A stretch of 20,425 bases of DNA, from positions 1-20,425 of the forward strand of contig JBGSMV010000027.1 in NCBI GenBank assembly GCA_041739995.1. Direction: 5' to 3'. Positions 1-8,138 of this stretch are shown in pieces; position 1 is the first letter of the stretch, and each line of letters opens with the position of its first letter. The DNA comes from Bdellovibrionota bacterium. Lineage in GTDB: Bacteria > Bdellovibrionota_C > UBA2361 > JBGSMV01. The position numbers were made by a program, and so were the translations under genes. The notes under the pieces were generated by a model, which did no database searches, had not been told where the DNA came from, and saw nothing but the letters and a program-made list of their open reading frames with translations.

Positions 1-35
1 CGCTTCCCAGCGTAGGATACACGTTCTGCGTTCAT
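1..35 (-). CDS. Probable 5' end of a divergent gene running off the left edge (MNAERVSYAGK...)
   Basis: On the minus strand, GGAGG (41-45) lies 5 nt before ATG (35-33); the frame is open to the window edge. Confidence 0.4.
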   Translation of the reverse strand, partial: MNAERVSYAGK

Positions 36-256
36 GCCTTCCTCCATGTCAAAAAAGTAATCAGTTTTTCAGCAACTAATTCGATTACTTCTGACTGGAG
101 GAAGATTCTTTCCTTACCTCTCCACTTCTACATAGCAACTAGACTCTCTCTTGTGAATCGATCGCGCGACCATCTTTGCGGCGTTACCGAAAAATTGGTA
201 ACGGTCTTATTTCAGCTTTCCTCTCAGGTTGGCACAGCAGTTGCTCACTCCTTCGT

Positions 257-1198
257 ATGAAAACAAGAGCGGTTCTCACATCACTTTCACTCGTACTTCT
301 TTTCAACAGCGACGCCGCGGCGAAACCACAAGCCCCCGAGCCGATTGTCATTGAAGCGATGACGACCTCTATGGCCCGCACGCTCACCGCCAATCCCTCG
401 TGCGTATGGGAGCAGGTGGGCAGACCGTTTAGCGGTTTGCCGCTAGACGCAAACCATCCTGAGGGATTTTTGCACCTTAATGCCTATGCGCCGCAAAGTT
501 GCATTCCTGCAACGGCACCTGTTCACCGCATTCAGACCGCATCTGATCACGCCTGCGATCAGGAGCTCCAACAGTTTACTGAGATCAGCGGACCGTTAAG
601 TTCGAGTGTTTCGATGTGGTGGGGGGAGGACGGCTCGTTGCGTGAGGTATACTCAATGGTCACAACCCGGCGGACCATCTCTGGTCCAACAGGTATCCTC
701 GCAGGACAATTTGGGACCGCCGAAGAGCGCCCCAATTTTGATCTACCACCTCCAATTGTCGGCGCTCCGACATACTCGCAGTTCACGAATGGTGCGCCGA
801 TTGTGGTGACGATGGATTGGGTCCATGGGAATGACTGGATCCTCTTGGATGCGCCGGACGAGCAAGTTGCTCTTGACGAGTTTCAGGAGATTTATGGCTA
901 TGACCCCCGAGACGCGATACTCACCGCCACCATTGAATATCAAGGCAATATCGAACCGATGATTTGGGGACCAACAAGTTTATTCGGAGGTCGTGTGCGT
1001 TACTCGTTAGATGTGTCGCGGAATCCGAACATTTCAGATTGGAATCGCGATAATGTCACGAGTATGCAGGACCTCTTTGGATTTCTGAGTGCGTATTTCG
1101 CTGGCTCGCCACGAGCAAGCTCCCTCGGCGGCGATACAACCTGTTGCGATGTCCTCGATATATTTGCCTATCTCCAAGCGTTCTTTGCACAGCGCTAA
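257..1198 (+). CDS. Secreted protein with C-terminal GC-type dockerin-like domain
   Basis: ATG257 gives a signal-peptide-like N-terminus (MKTRAVLTSLSLVLLFNSDAAA). The C-terminus has two repeats, SDWNRDNVTSMQDLFGFLSAYFAG and DVLDIFAYLQAFFA, resembling the DxNxDG-x-DIFxFLxAYFAG dockerin-like repeats of Phycisphaerales proteins. The ORF track starts further upstream at TTG176. Confidence 0.75.
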   Translation: MKTRAVLTSLSLVLLFNSDAAAKPQAPEPIVIEAMTTSMARTLTANPSCVWEQVGRPFSGLPLDANHPEGFLHLNAYAPQSCIPATAPVHRIQTASDHACDQELQQFTEISGPLSSSVSMWWGEDGSLREVYSMVTTRRTISGPTGILAGQFGTAEERPNFDLPPPIVGAPTYSQFTNGAPIVVTMDWVHGNDWILLDAPDEQVALDEFQEIYGYDPRDAILTATIEYQGNIEPMIWGPTSLFGGRVRYSLDVSRNPNISDWNRDNVTSMQDLFGFLSAYFAGSPRASSLGGDTTCCDVLDIFAYLQAFFAQR

Positions 1199-1240
1199 GT
1201 CCTCGGCTGGGACTTGTTAGATTATTCACGAACTCTAGCT

Positions 1241-1552
1241 TGGGGTGGATGAAATCGCCGGGGGGGGAGAGCAAAGAATACCTCAAGCCTGCCGTCAGAT
1301 GGTATGCCAGAGCCGCGCTCAATCCCATCAGTGACTTGGTCTGCTTGTATGAAACGCGTCTTCGAATTCGATCCCCTGGAGTGTCCGCGTTGTCGGGGAC
1401 AGATGAGGATTATTGCCTTCCTCACTGATGAGCAAGAGATTCTCAAAATCGCTGATTCTCTCCGGATACCACGGGCACAGGCCCCACCTAAGATTCCGCG
1501 GCCACCAGAAAAAGAGTTCTTCGACGACCTACCTCCCGACGACTTCGCTTGA
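1241..1552 (+). pseudogene. C-terminal remnant of an IS91-family rolling-circle transposase
   Basis: WSACMKRVFEFDPLECPRCRGQMRIIAFLTDEQEILKI...APP matches the C-terminal CxxC segment of IS91-like transposases. In-frame upstream, GG*NRRGGRAK looks like a decayed YG.YSNR.RG.R.K motif with a TGA at 1250. No N-terminal part is present. Confidence 0.75.
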
Positions 1553-1669
1553 CTCCGCAGGCAGGGGAGCGGTGTTTCCCAGCTGGAACCGGGCTCCTCC
1601 GAATCTGCATCTCGATCAATGAGTTGGGCTGGAGTCGCGCGCAAGGGGAAGCGGACTGTAGCCACCCAA

Positions 1670-1696
1670 GAAACTCTTGTTGCACTCCGCCGATAA
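1670..1696 (+). promoter_or_regulatory. Sigma-28 (FliA)-like promoter upstream of RAYT 1
   Basis: GAAACTCT-N11-GCCGATAA versus the consensus TAAAGTTT-N11-GCCGATAA; the -10 box (1689-1696) is perfect and ATG follows 10 nt downstream. Confidence 0.55.
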
Positions 1697-1706
1697 TTCC
1701 CCTGCT

Positions 1707-2684
1707 ATGCCATCACCGTTGAAGTATCACCCGCACGGGAGCGTGCTGTTTGTGACCTTGAGCCTCGAGGAAGGTCTGCTCCTGCTCGCGAACCCTCTGT
1801 GCGAAGCGATCGTGAAAAGCTGCCTCGCGAGAGCCCAAGCCCTTCATCCACTAAAGATTTGCCACTTCTTGGTGGAAGCAACGCATATTCACATGATTGT
1901 AGTGGTGGAAAACCCAAACGATGTAAGCGGTTTCATTAGCCGATTTAAAACCGAATCTGCGCATATGCTCAATCGTGTGCTGGGAAGAGCAAAACGCACC
2001 GTCTGGTGCAATGGATACGACAGTCCAGTGGTGCTCACACCCCTTAGAACTCTGATCGCCATTACCTACCTCTATGCGAACCCAGCTAAAGACAACCTGG
2101 AAGACTCAATCACCAAGTACCCAGGACTCTCGAGCTGGGGCATGTTCACCTCAGGAGAGCGTACAAAGCTCTGGAAGCGAATTCGACGACCTGCCCTTCA
2201 TGCACTCTCTCCCGATAGCCATAACCTGAGGGGCTATACCAAGGAAGCTGAGAGAGTCCTCCGAGACTCAAAGAACCTTCACTCCTTTCGGCTTCACCCC
2301 AATGCCTGGATGGAGGCGTTTGGTATCACTGACCCAAGCGAGCAAGCTGAGTGGAATGAACGGCTAAAGGAGAGCCTCTTTGCGATTGAAGTAGAAGCTA
2401 GAGAAGAGCGCGTACGCTTGAATCGCAGACCAATGGGGCAAGAGAAACTTAAGACTCAAGCCATGGACAAGTACTACCAGTCGAAACGGTCGGGACGCCG
2501 CATGTGGTGCCTCTGTGAGGATCGATCTCTGCGCGTCACATTCATTGCTCAGATTAAGGAGCTGATACACTCCGCTCGCCTGGTCTACCGTCGCTGGATT
2601 CTCGGTGACTTCAGTGTGCCGTATCCTCTGGGACTCTATCCCCCGTCGATGCCCAAGCTCGCTGAACCCCTCGGCGCATGGTGA
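1707..2684 (+). CDS. REP-associated tyrosine transposase-like protein (HUH Y1, IS200/RAYT superfamily)
   Basis: N-terminal LFVT strand, HUH motif THIHMIV, VWCNGYDS, catalytic Y..NP motif (YLYANPAKDNL), YPGLSS and a C-terminal FSVPYPLGLYPP tail. Confidence 0.85.
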   Translation: MPSPLKYHPHGSVLFVTLSLEEGLLLLANPLCEAIVKSCLARAQALHPLKICHFLVEATHIHMIVVVENPNDVSGFISRFKTESAHMLNRVLGRAKRTVWCNGYDSPVVLTPLRTLIAITYLYANPAKDNLEDSITKYPGLSSWGMFTSGERTKLWKRIRRPALHALSPDSHNLRGYTKEAERVLRDSKNLHSFRLHPNAWMEAFGITDPSEQAEWNERLKESLFAIEVEAREERVRLNRRPMGQEKLKTQAMDKYYQSKRSGRRMWCLCEDRSLRVTFIAQIKELIHSARLVYRRWILGDFSVPYPLGLYPPSMPKLAEPLGAW

Positions 2685-2892
2685 GATCTCCCTCCCGCGC
2701 CTATCCACGATTCCCTCAGTCGTGACGCACTGGTGTATCTGCATATCGCTCACAGGCACTTCGATTACGAGCATGCTCTATTAGTACTGCATCGGTGGTT
2801 GCCCGTTCAATGTCTGCAGGGAGGTAGAGAGAGAGGGGAGGCCGGCTCCAGGGACAAAATATTATCGGGAAAGATCGATTTGCTTAGACACC

Positions 2893-3183
2893 GACGAATT
2901 GCCGCAGCTTTGGAATGTGTTTGTCGGTGACATGAGTATAGTGGCCCCTCGCCCTCCGATTCCAGGAGAGGTGAGTTTGTATGAACGAAAGGATCGTCGT
3001 CGCCTGTCGATGCGACCGGGGCTCACGTGCACCTGGCAGGTAAGCGGCAGGAATACCATCAAAGAGTTCGAGGAATGGGTGCGGCTAGATCTCGACTATA
3101 TTGATAATTGGTCGCTTGTCAGGGACTTCTGGTTGATGGTGCGCACTATTCCGGCCGTGCTCTTGGGAACTGGAGCGCGCTAA
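2893..3183 (+). pseudogene. 5'-truncated bacterial sugar transferase (WcaJ/CpsE-type phosphoglycosyl transferase) C-terminal fragment
   Basis: DELPQLWNVFVGDMSIVAPRP...RPGLTCTWQVSGRN...LDLDYIDNWSL are hallmark motifs; the in-frame sequence upstream of 2893 shows no recognisable homology. Confidence 0.85.
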
Positions 3184-3287
3184 GCCGCAGCTTTAATCAG
3201 TAACCAAACACCTGAGTCAGGTGAAGTTATGTGGGTATCGGGAAGTTTCGTGGCGTACCGAGCCGTGGAGCTGCGATGCTACGCTCG

Positions 3288-4579
3288 TTATTGGAGCAAA
3301 ATTAGTGCTAGCTGCGGTTGTTGCCCGGCATTTGCCAGAACCGAGGTCGCGGTTTGCTGGAGAATCTGATTGCGAATCAGCCGCGCGCTCTCCGCTGCAA
3401 TATCGGAGTCCATAATCCGTGAAGCTGCTGCCAGAGTGTTCTCTGATAGGGTCCTAGCGAGACTTAGGGCTGACTCAAATCGACTTTGCATAGCGCCGAT
3501 GCGTCCGACGTGCTGGCCAAGTTCCAAGCGGCGGTTACTCAAAAATTCTAGCGCCTCAAGCGCTCGTGCGGAGGTTCCTACGGCGGTGAAATCGATAGCG
3601 GAATTGGGGGCGGAAGTCACAGACGGTTTTCCATTGACCGATTGAGCAGCAAACGCCCTAAGTCCTGAGAAGTCGAGCACGGCCGTTCCAGATGTTCCGA
3701 AAAGATTAATCGACTTAGTTGAGGCCCCGACCAGTTGCCCCGTTAGTGGGTCAAAATCGACATCGGCACCGCTACGATAATCATAAGTTCCATCGGCGTT
3801 TTTCGCGAAGACATCGACTCGGCCGTTGGTAGTGCTAGAGATCGCGTGAATTACTACCGCGAAATCTCTAGTAATCCCATCGCTGCCGACGACCGAAACC
3901 GTTGCAGCGGATCCAAGCCGCACGAGCTCTTCTTCGGTGAGAGCGTCGTCGAAGATGTAATCGAGATAGATGATCTGATCATTGTTATCTATACTCCCAT
4001 CGGACCCGGGGATACCACCCTGCGCGCCAATATCGCCTGCGATGTTAAGATTCCCGCTGAAGCGGAGTGTGTTGGTAGTGTTGATGCTCAGGCTCGAATC
4101 GCTGCCCCCAGAAGTGCCGACCTGGATTGAGAGATTGTTGATGCCATTTGATCGACCGGCTTGCAGAAGTAGCGTGTCATTAAAACTTGCACCCTCAGCG
4201 ATTCTTCCCGACTCAAGCAGCAACTGTTGGTACTCGCTGTTAAGCGATCGGCGCTGGGTGTCTGAGAGCACGCCGTTTGCGGACTGCGTTGCAAGCTCGC
4301 TCAGTCGTTGAATGATGCCAGACTGTTGCTCCAGGGCGCTGGCCATGATGTTGAGGCTCGAGAGGCCGTCGTTGATGTTTCGCAGCGCTTGGTTCTGAAG
4401 CCGGGATTGGTTGGTGAGCGAACTTGCCACCGCGAGGCCGGCAGCGTCGTCAGATGCACGGTTGATACGCAGCCCCGATCCCAGGCCAGGCGCTCAATTG
4501 AGCGCGTAAGGTCCTCGGTCGCGCTATCTAACGCGCGCGTTGTCCGCTGAGCTGCTAAATTAGAAGAGAGCGATATCAA
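3288..4579 (-). pseudogene. fliC: Flagellin, frameshifted by a 5-bp tandem duplication (428 aa if repaired)
   Basis: The N-terminus MISLSSNLAAQRTTRAL...IERL (TTG4579, AAGGAG upstream) continues in another frame as SGLRINRASDDAAGLAVASSL. The conserved C-terminus is IGAMQSRFES...SRIMDSDIAAESARLIRNQILQQTATSVLANAGQQPQLALILLQ. Removing one CCAGG at 4481-4490 gives a single 1287-nt frame reading ERLGSGLRIN. Confidence 0.9.
4481..4490. repeat. CCAGG-CCAGG tandem duplication at the flagellin frameshift
   Basis: Directly visible; deleting one unit restores the canonical RLxSGLRIN motif. Confidence 0.8.
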
Positions 4580-4759
4580 CTAGAGACACTGCTCCTTTAA
4601 GCGTAGGTACACCATAGCATTAGGAGTCGACTAGATTGGCTAAAGAATGACGATTGGCCGCGACTAAAGGCGTTCGGGCGCGGGGTTTGTGGGTTTTACG
4701 TAGGTCGATGGGAGGACGTTCTTGCTGCGTAATTCTTGGATTAATAGCACAAGCAGCGC

Positions 4760-4975
4760 CTAAAGAACGAAGCGCTCGATTGCATATACAAGCAACCCCG
4801 CCAAACCCCCAACGATGGTCCCATTTGTGCGTATGAATTGCAGGTCATTACCTACTTGCGATTCGAGTTTATCAACGAGCGTGCGCGTGTCCCATGTAGC
4901 AATAGTTTGTTTAACTGACGCCTTAATCAGGCTGCGCCGCGCGCCAATTAACTCAAATGACAATTCTCGCGCGAT
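4760..4975 (-). pseudogene. C-terminal remnant of a DUF445 (YjiN-like) membrane protein
   Basis: TIATWDTRTLVDKLESQVGNDLQFIRTNGTIVGGLAGLLVY matches the DUF445 C-terminal motif (E..VG.DLQFIRINGTLVGGL.G); the rest of the protein is absent. Confidence 0.75.
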
Positions 4976-5284
4976 ACGCTTGCAGTCCGCCTGAATCAAG
5001 TTCCTGTTAGGTTGTATAAAATTTCCGATGGAAAAGTCGTGCAGATGGCGCGCCCTCAAATGACCATTCGTGTACGTTAGAAATTCTTAAAAAGAGCTTT
5101 CACAGTTGCACAAAAAAGCATGGTAGCTCCGAGAGTTATCCATGATTTCTAAAGGCAGGTCCTAAAGTATTAACTCGAGTCGAATAAGGAGTGAGTTTAA
5201 TTGACTGAGGTTAGGTGAATTGGACATGCGTTATTTACGCATTATAAGTTACATTCAGGTAATTGCTCGCCATAATACATTTAA

Positions 5285-5866
5285 TTGTCATGCACTTCTC
5301 CATCGAATATTTCAGAAGGTGACCTACTAGATCTCGGAATAGAATTCACAATGTTCATAAAGGAAAGTAAAATAATAGATTCTGGAAAGGAGAAACCGGC
5401 CGGCGATACTTCTTTTACAGAAATGACAGTCAGTGCCCGTCCGAAATCTCTGCTAGCGGTCCCTCCGGCATTGCATGCGATAGGAGAAGCCATGGCCGAT
5501 GCCGCGCGAGGGCAGTTCTCTAGTTCTGACTATGCGATTCGTTTGAGCTGTACAACACAACGTTATTGCGTAGGAGAATCCGAGATAATTAGTGCAACTG
5601 TGTTGAGGTTAAGTCCTATGAAAGTTCTAGGACTCAAGCTTCCGATGGTTACAAAGGAGGCGATCCTAGAAATTTCGCTTTTTGTAAGGGATGTGCCCAG
5701 AACTGACATGCACGCCGATAGCTTCCTTTTTCGCGCAACTGATCCAGGGGCTCACCGCGTCATGTATTCCATCGCGTCGACCCTCGAAGAATTCATCGTG
5801 GAGCGCGCGCTTGAGCATCTAAGGCCGAGATATAAGCCAACTTTTGAAATTGTGCGTAGTCTATAA
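5285..5866 (+). CDS. Hypothetical protein (start uncertain; ATG5351 is an alternative)
   Basis: 193-codon ORF between AT-rich intergenic regions; no recognised motif. Confidence 0.5.
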   Translation: MSCTSPSNISEGDLLDLGIEFTMFIKESKIIDSGKEKPAGDTSFTEMTVSARPKSLLAVPPALHAIGEAMADAARGQFSSSDYAIRLSCTTQRYCVGESEIISATVLRLSPMKVLGLKLPMVTKEAILEISLFVRDVPRTDMHADSFLFRATDPGAHRVMYSIASTLEEFIVERALEHLRPRYKPTFEIVRSL

Positions 5867-5966
5867 CTTAAGCTTACAAACATTCTAAGCGCTTACAATA
5901 GCTACGGTGCAATATGACTGTAATAAGTAGGTAGCTACTAAACCCTGGCACGAGGCAAGAAATGCT

Positions 5967-6815
5967 ATGACACCATTCCGAACCTCTTTGCATTATCTAG
6001 CGCACGTCGCACTACTCATGCTGGCCATAGGCTCCTCGGCTCTCGCAGAAGTCCTCACCCTGAACGAGTGGAGCGAGATCTCAGAGACCGGATCGTACGC
6101 CCTTCCGCCCGGCACTCGCAGCGTCTATCGCTCTAGCTGTGGTGGTGTGCGGATTGAGGGCGGCTCTCTCAGTGGATCAAGCTTAGGAGACTGTGCGGCA
6201 GCTCTTAGCGTTGCCACAGCTGCGGTATCGACAGAAAGTCCGCCGCGCCTAACGGTGACTGTTCCAGATGGTGCGAAGCTGTATCTCAAGCCGAGTAATA
6301 CTTCCTGGTCCCCTAAATCACTACGATTCGAAAGCGAGGCTGACCGTCTCGCGAGAAGTAAGCTTCAAGAGCAGCTACAAAACGAACTGTTAGAGTTTGC
6401 TCCTGAAGATTTCTCGAAACGGCGTGCTAGGGCGGAAGAGCTCCGCATGCTGGGGTCCGCTTGGAGAGGAGCCGAATCGGAAGTTGCGCAGGCTCAGGCT
6501 GAAGAAGATCCTGAGGGCGCGGTGCTTTGCGTGCGTTCAAGCTCGCTCTTTGCGGAGTCTTTAGGCACCCACCAAGCCTGCCTCGACGCAGCGTGTCCAA
6601 AGAAAGCATCTGCCGGAATGCAATCAGGTTGTTTTCCTGCGTGTCTTTCAGATTACCGAAGTGTCGTGAAAAAGCTTGAAGAGCTCCTCTTGCAATGCTC
6701 CTCCTTCTATCCCGAACGAGGATGTGAGCATGTGGGCAAGTTTTATGAGGTCTGTACTGACGACCTGAGTTGTAAAAAGCTGCAAGAACTCTCCAGACGT
6801 TTTTGTAACGGGTGA
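5967..6815 (+). CDS. Hypothetical secreted cysteine-rich protein
   Basis: Signal peptide (..VALLMLAIGSSALA|EV), central helical segment, and 12 Cys, 10 of them in the C-terminal third. Confidence 0.7.
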   Translation: MTPFRTSLHYLAHVALLMLAIGSSALAEVLTLNEWSEISETGSYALPPGTRSVYRSSCGGVRIEGGSLSGSSLGDCAAALSVATAAVSTESPPRLTVTVPDGAKLYLKPSNTSWSPKSLRFESEADRLARSKLQEQLQNELLEFAPEDFSKRRARAEELRMLGSAWRGAESEVAQAQAEEDPEGAVLCVRSSSLFAESLGTHQACLDAACPKKASAGMQSGCFPACLSDYRSVVKKLEELLLQCSSFYPERGCEHVGKFYEVCTDDLSCKKLQELSRRFCNG

Positions 6816-6930
6816 GTCAACATGAATGACTCATTCAGCGAGATTCTCGGAACTGGAGCTCGACTACGATCGAGAGTGATCCCTCGACCTCGTAGGAAGT
6901 TGTCAAAGACCACAGCGGCGCTCTTTCTCA

Positions 6931-6965
6931 GAAAATAAACCCCTTCGCTCTGGGGAGCGAAGGGG
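6931..6965 (-). terminator. Rho-independent terminator, minus strand
   Basis: 11-bp perfect stem CCCCTTCGCTC/GAGCGAAGGGG (6940-6965) with a 4-nt loop, followed on the minus strand by TTTATTTTC. Confidence 0.75.
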
Positions 6966-7202
6966 GGTGCGGAGATCGCTTCGCGTCACGACCGCCGCAC
7001 AACTGGTCTACTAAGGAGGTTTCCCAGAGCCAGAGTTACCTGGCCCCGGCCTGAAAGAGCTCGCTTCCAGGCTGCGACGTAGTATCAAAGGCGACTCACG
7101 TAGTTGTCACAGTTTTGTAAAAAGGTACCGCGCCTCCTTTCTGTTCGCAGCCTTTGGGGGCGCTGGCAGTTGCGCCGGCGTGAAGCATGCACTGCGCAGT
7201 CC

Positions 7203-7877
7203 TTATGCGGCGACTCGAACATCGCTAAGCGACCCCATGTTCCAAATAAGGTCGCAAGATTTCTGGCGAACTCCTCGTCTCATACGACGAAGTGCTGAGT
7301 TTTTAAGGGTGCTTAGATGGCCGCGACTATATCCGAGTCGACGAGCAACTGACGCCACGTTCTCTTCACCTGCGACCGTATCCATTACGACTTGACGCTG
7401 GACCTCCGAGAGCTCGGCCACAAGCTTCCGGCAAAGTTCCCGTACATGATTGCCATGGGTTTCCGCTTCCGGCGAGGGGTTGGGGCAGGAGGGGATTTCT
7501 TTGGTAATCCGCTCACTTTCTTCGGATTTTTGAGCCTCTCTCTCATCGAGCAGAGGGACGTTTCGGATTTCCCTCGTACCTAGTCGCTTCAAGCGCTTGA
7601 GCTCCCCTTTGAGAACGTAATAGAGATAGGTGCTAAGCTCCGCGCCACGAGAGGGGTCGAAGCGGGCCAGGGCCTCGCATAGGGCGTAGTCGATCATCGA
7701 GGTCGCGTCGTCGCGCGGCAGGTCTAGCCCCCAGCGACGAATGAGGTGCCATCCCAGACGATGGGCCATGGGACGATGATGGAGGACTTGTTCCTCGAAC
7801 GAGCCCCCTTCGTTTTTGGCCTGTGCGGGGGGTATTTTTGCTGTTTTCGAATCGCGAATTTCATTTATGTTAATCAT
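7203..7877 (-). CDS. Sigma-70 family RNA polymerase sigma factor, FliA/WhiG-like
   Basis: Region 2 is DDATSMIDYALCEALARFDPSRGAELSTYL and the region 4 HTH is LSEVQRQVV...VASVARRLGYSRGHLSTLKNSALRRMR. GGAGG lies just upstream of ATG7877. Confidence 0.85.
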   Translation of the reverse strand: MININEIRDSKTAKIPPAQAKNEGGSFEEQVLHHRPMAHRLGWHLIRRWGLDLPRDDATSMIDYALCEALARFDPSRGAELSTYLYYVLKGELKRLKRLGTREIRNVPLLDEREAQKSEESERITKEIPSCPNPSPEAETHGNHVRELCRKLVAELSEVQRQVVMDTVAGEENVASVARRLGYSRGHLSTLKNSALRRMRRGVRQKSCDLIWNMGSLSDVRVAA

Positions 7878-8138
7878 AGGAACCTCCAAACATTCCCAAT
7901 TAAGATGATTGTAACATGCAACTAGTTTCAATGAACTTCTAATAGCGAGGGCTAGAACAGTCTTTCATTCATTAAGATATTGATATTACTAGTTTTAAAT
8001 ATTGTCTGGTTCTGGCCACGAAAATAAAGAGTTAAAACGCAGCTAATGTATAATGCAACTATATATGTCCCGCCGACTTGCCTGCTCGTTTTTGAACCGC
8101 CCAATGAGCTTTAGGGCGAGAATTTTGGGATAACTAGT

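Noticed and set aside
1222..1665. 147-aa minus-strand ORF and other short antisense or overlapping ORFs in the track
   Set aside because: They are shadows of better-supported genes or remnants and have no motifs.
4301..4579. 92-aa ORF as an independent gene
   Set aside because: It is the frameshifted N-terminus of the flagellin.
4624..4650. Sigma-28 promoter for the flagellin (TCATTCTT-N11-GTCGACTC, minus strand)
   Set aside because: The spacing fits but both boxes match poorly.
5867..5940. Short repeats (TAAGC..TTACAA twice; TAGCTAC/GTAGCTA) as a CRISPR or iteron array
   Set aside because: Only two degenerate copies, no regular spacers and no cas genes.
7203..7877. Assigning gene symbol fliA
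   Set aside because: Region 3 appears absent and region 2.4 is divergent, so it is more likely a paralogue.
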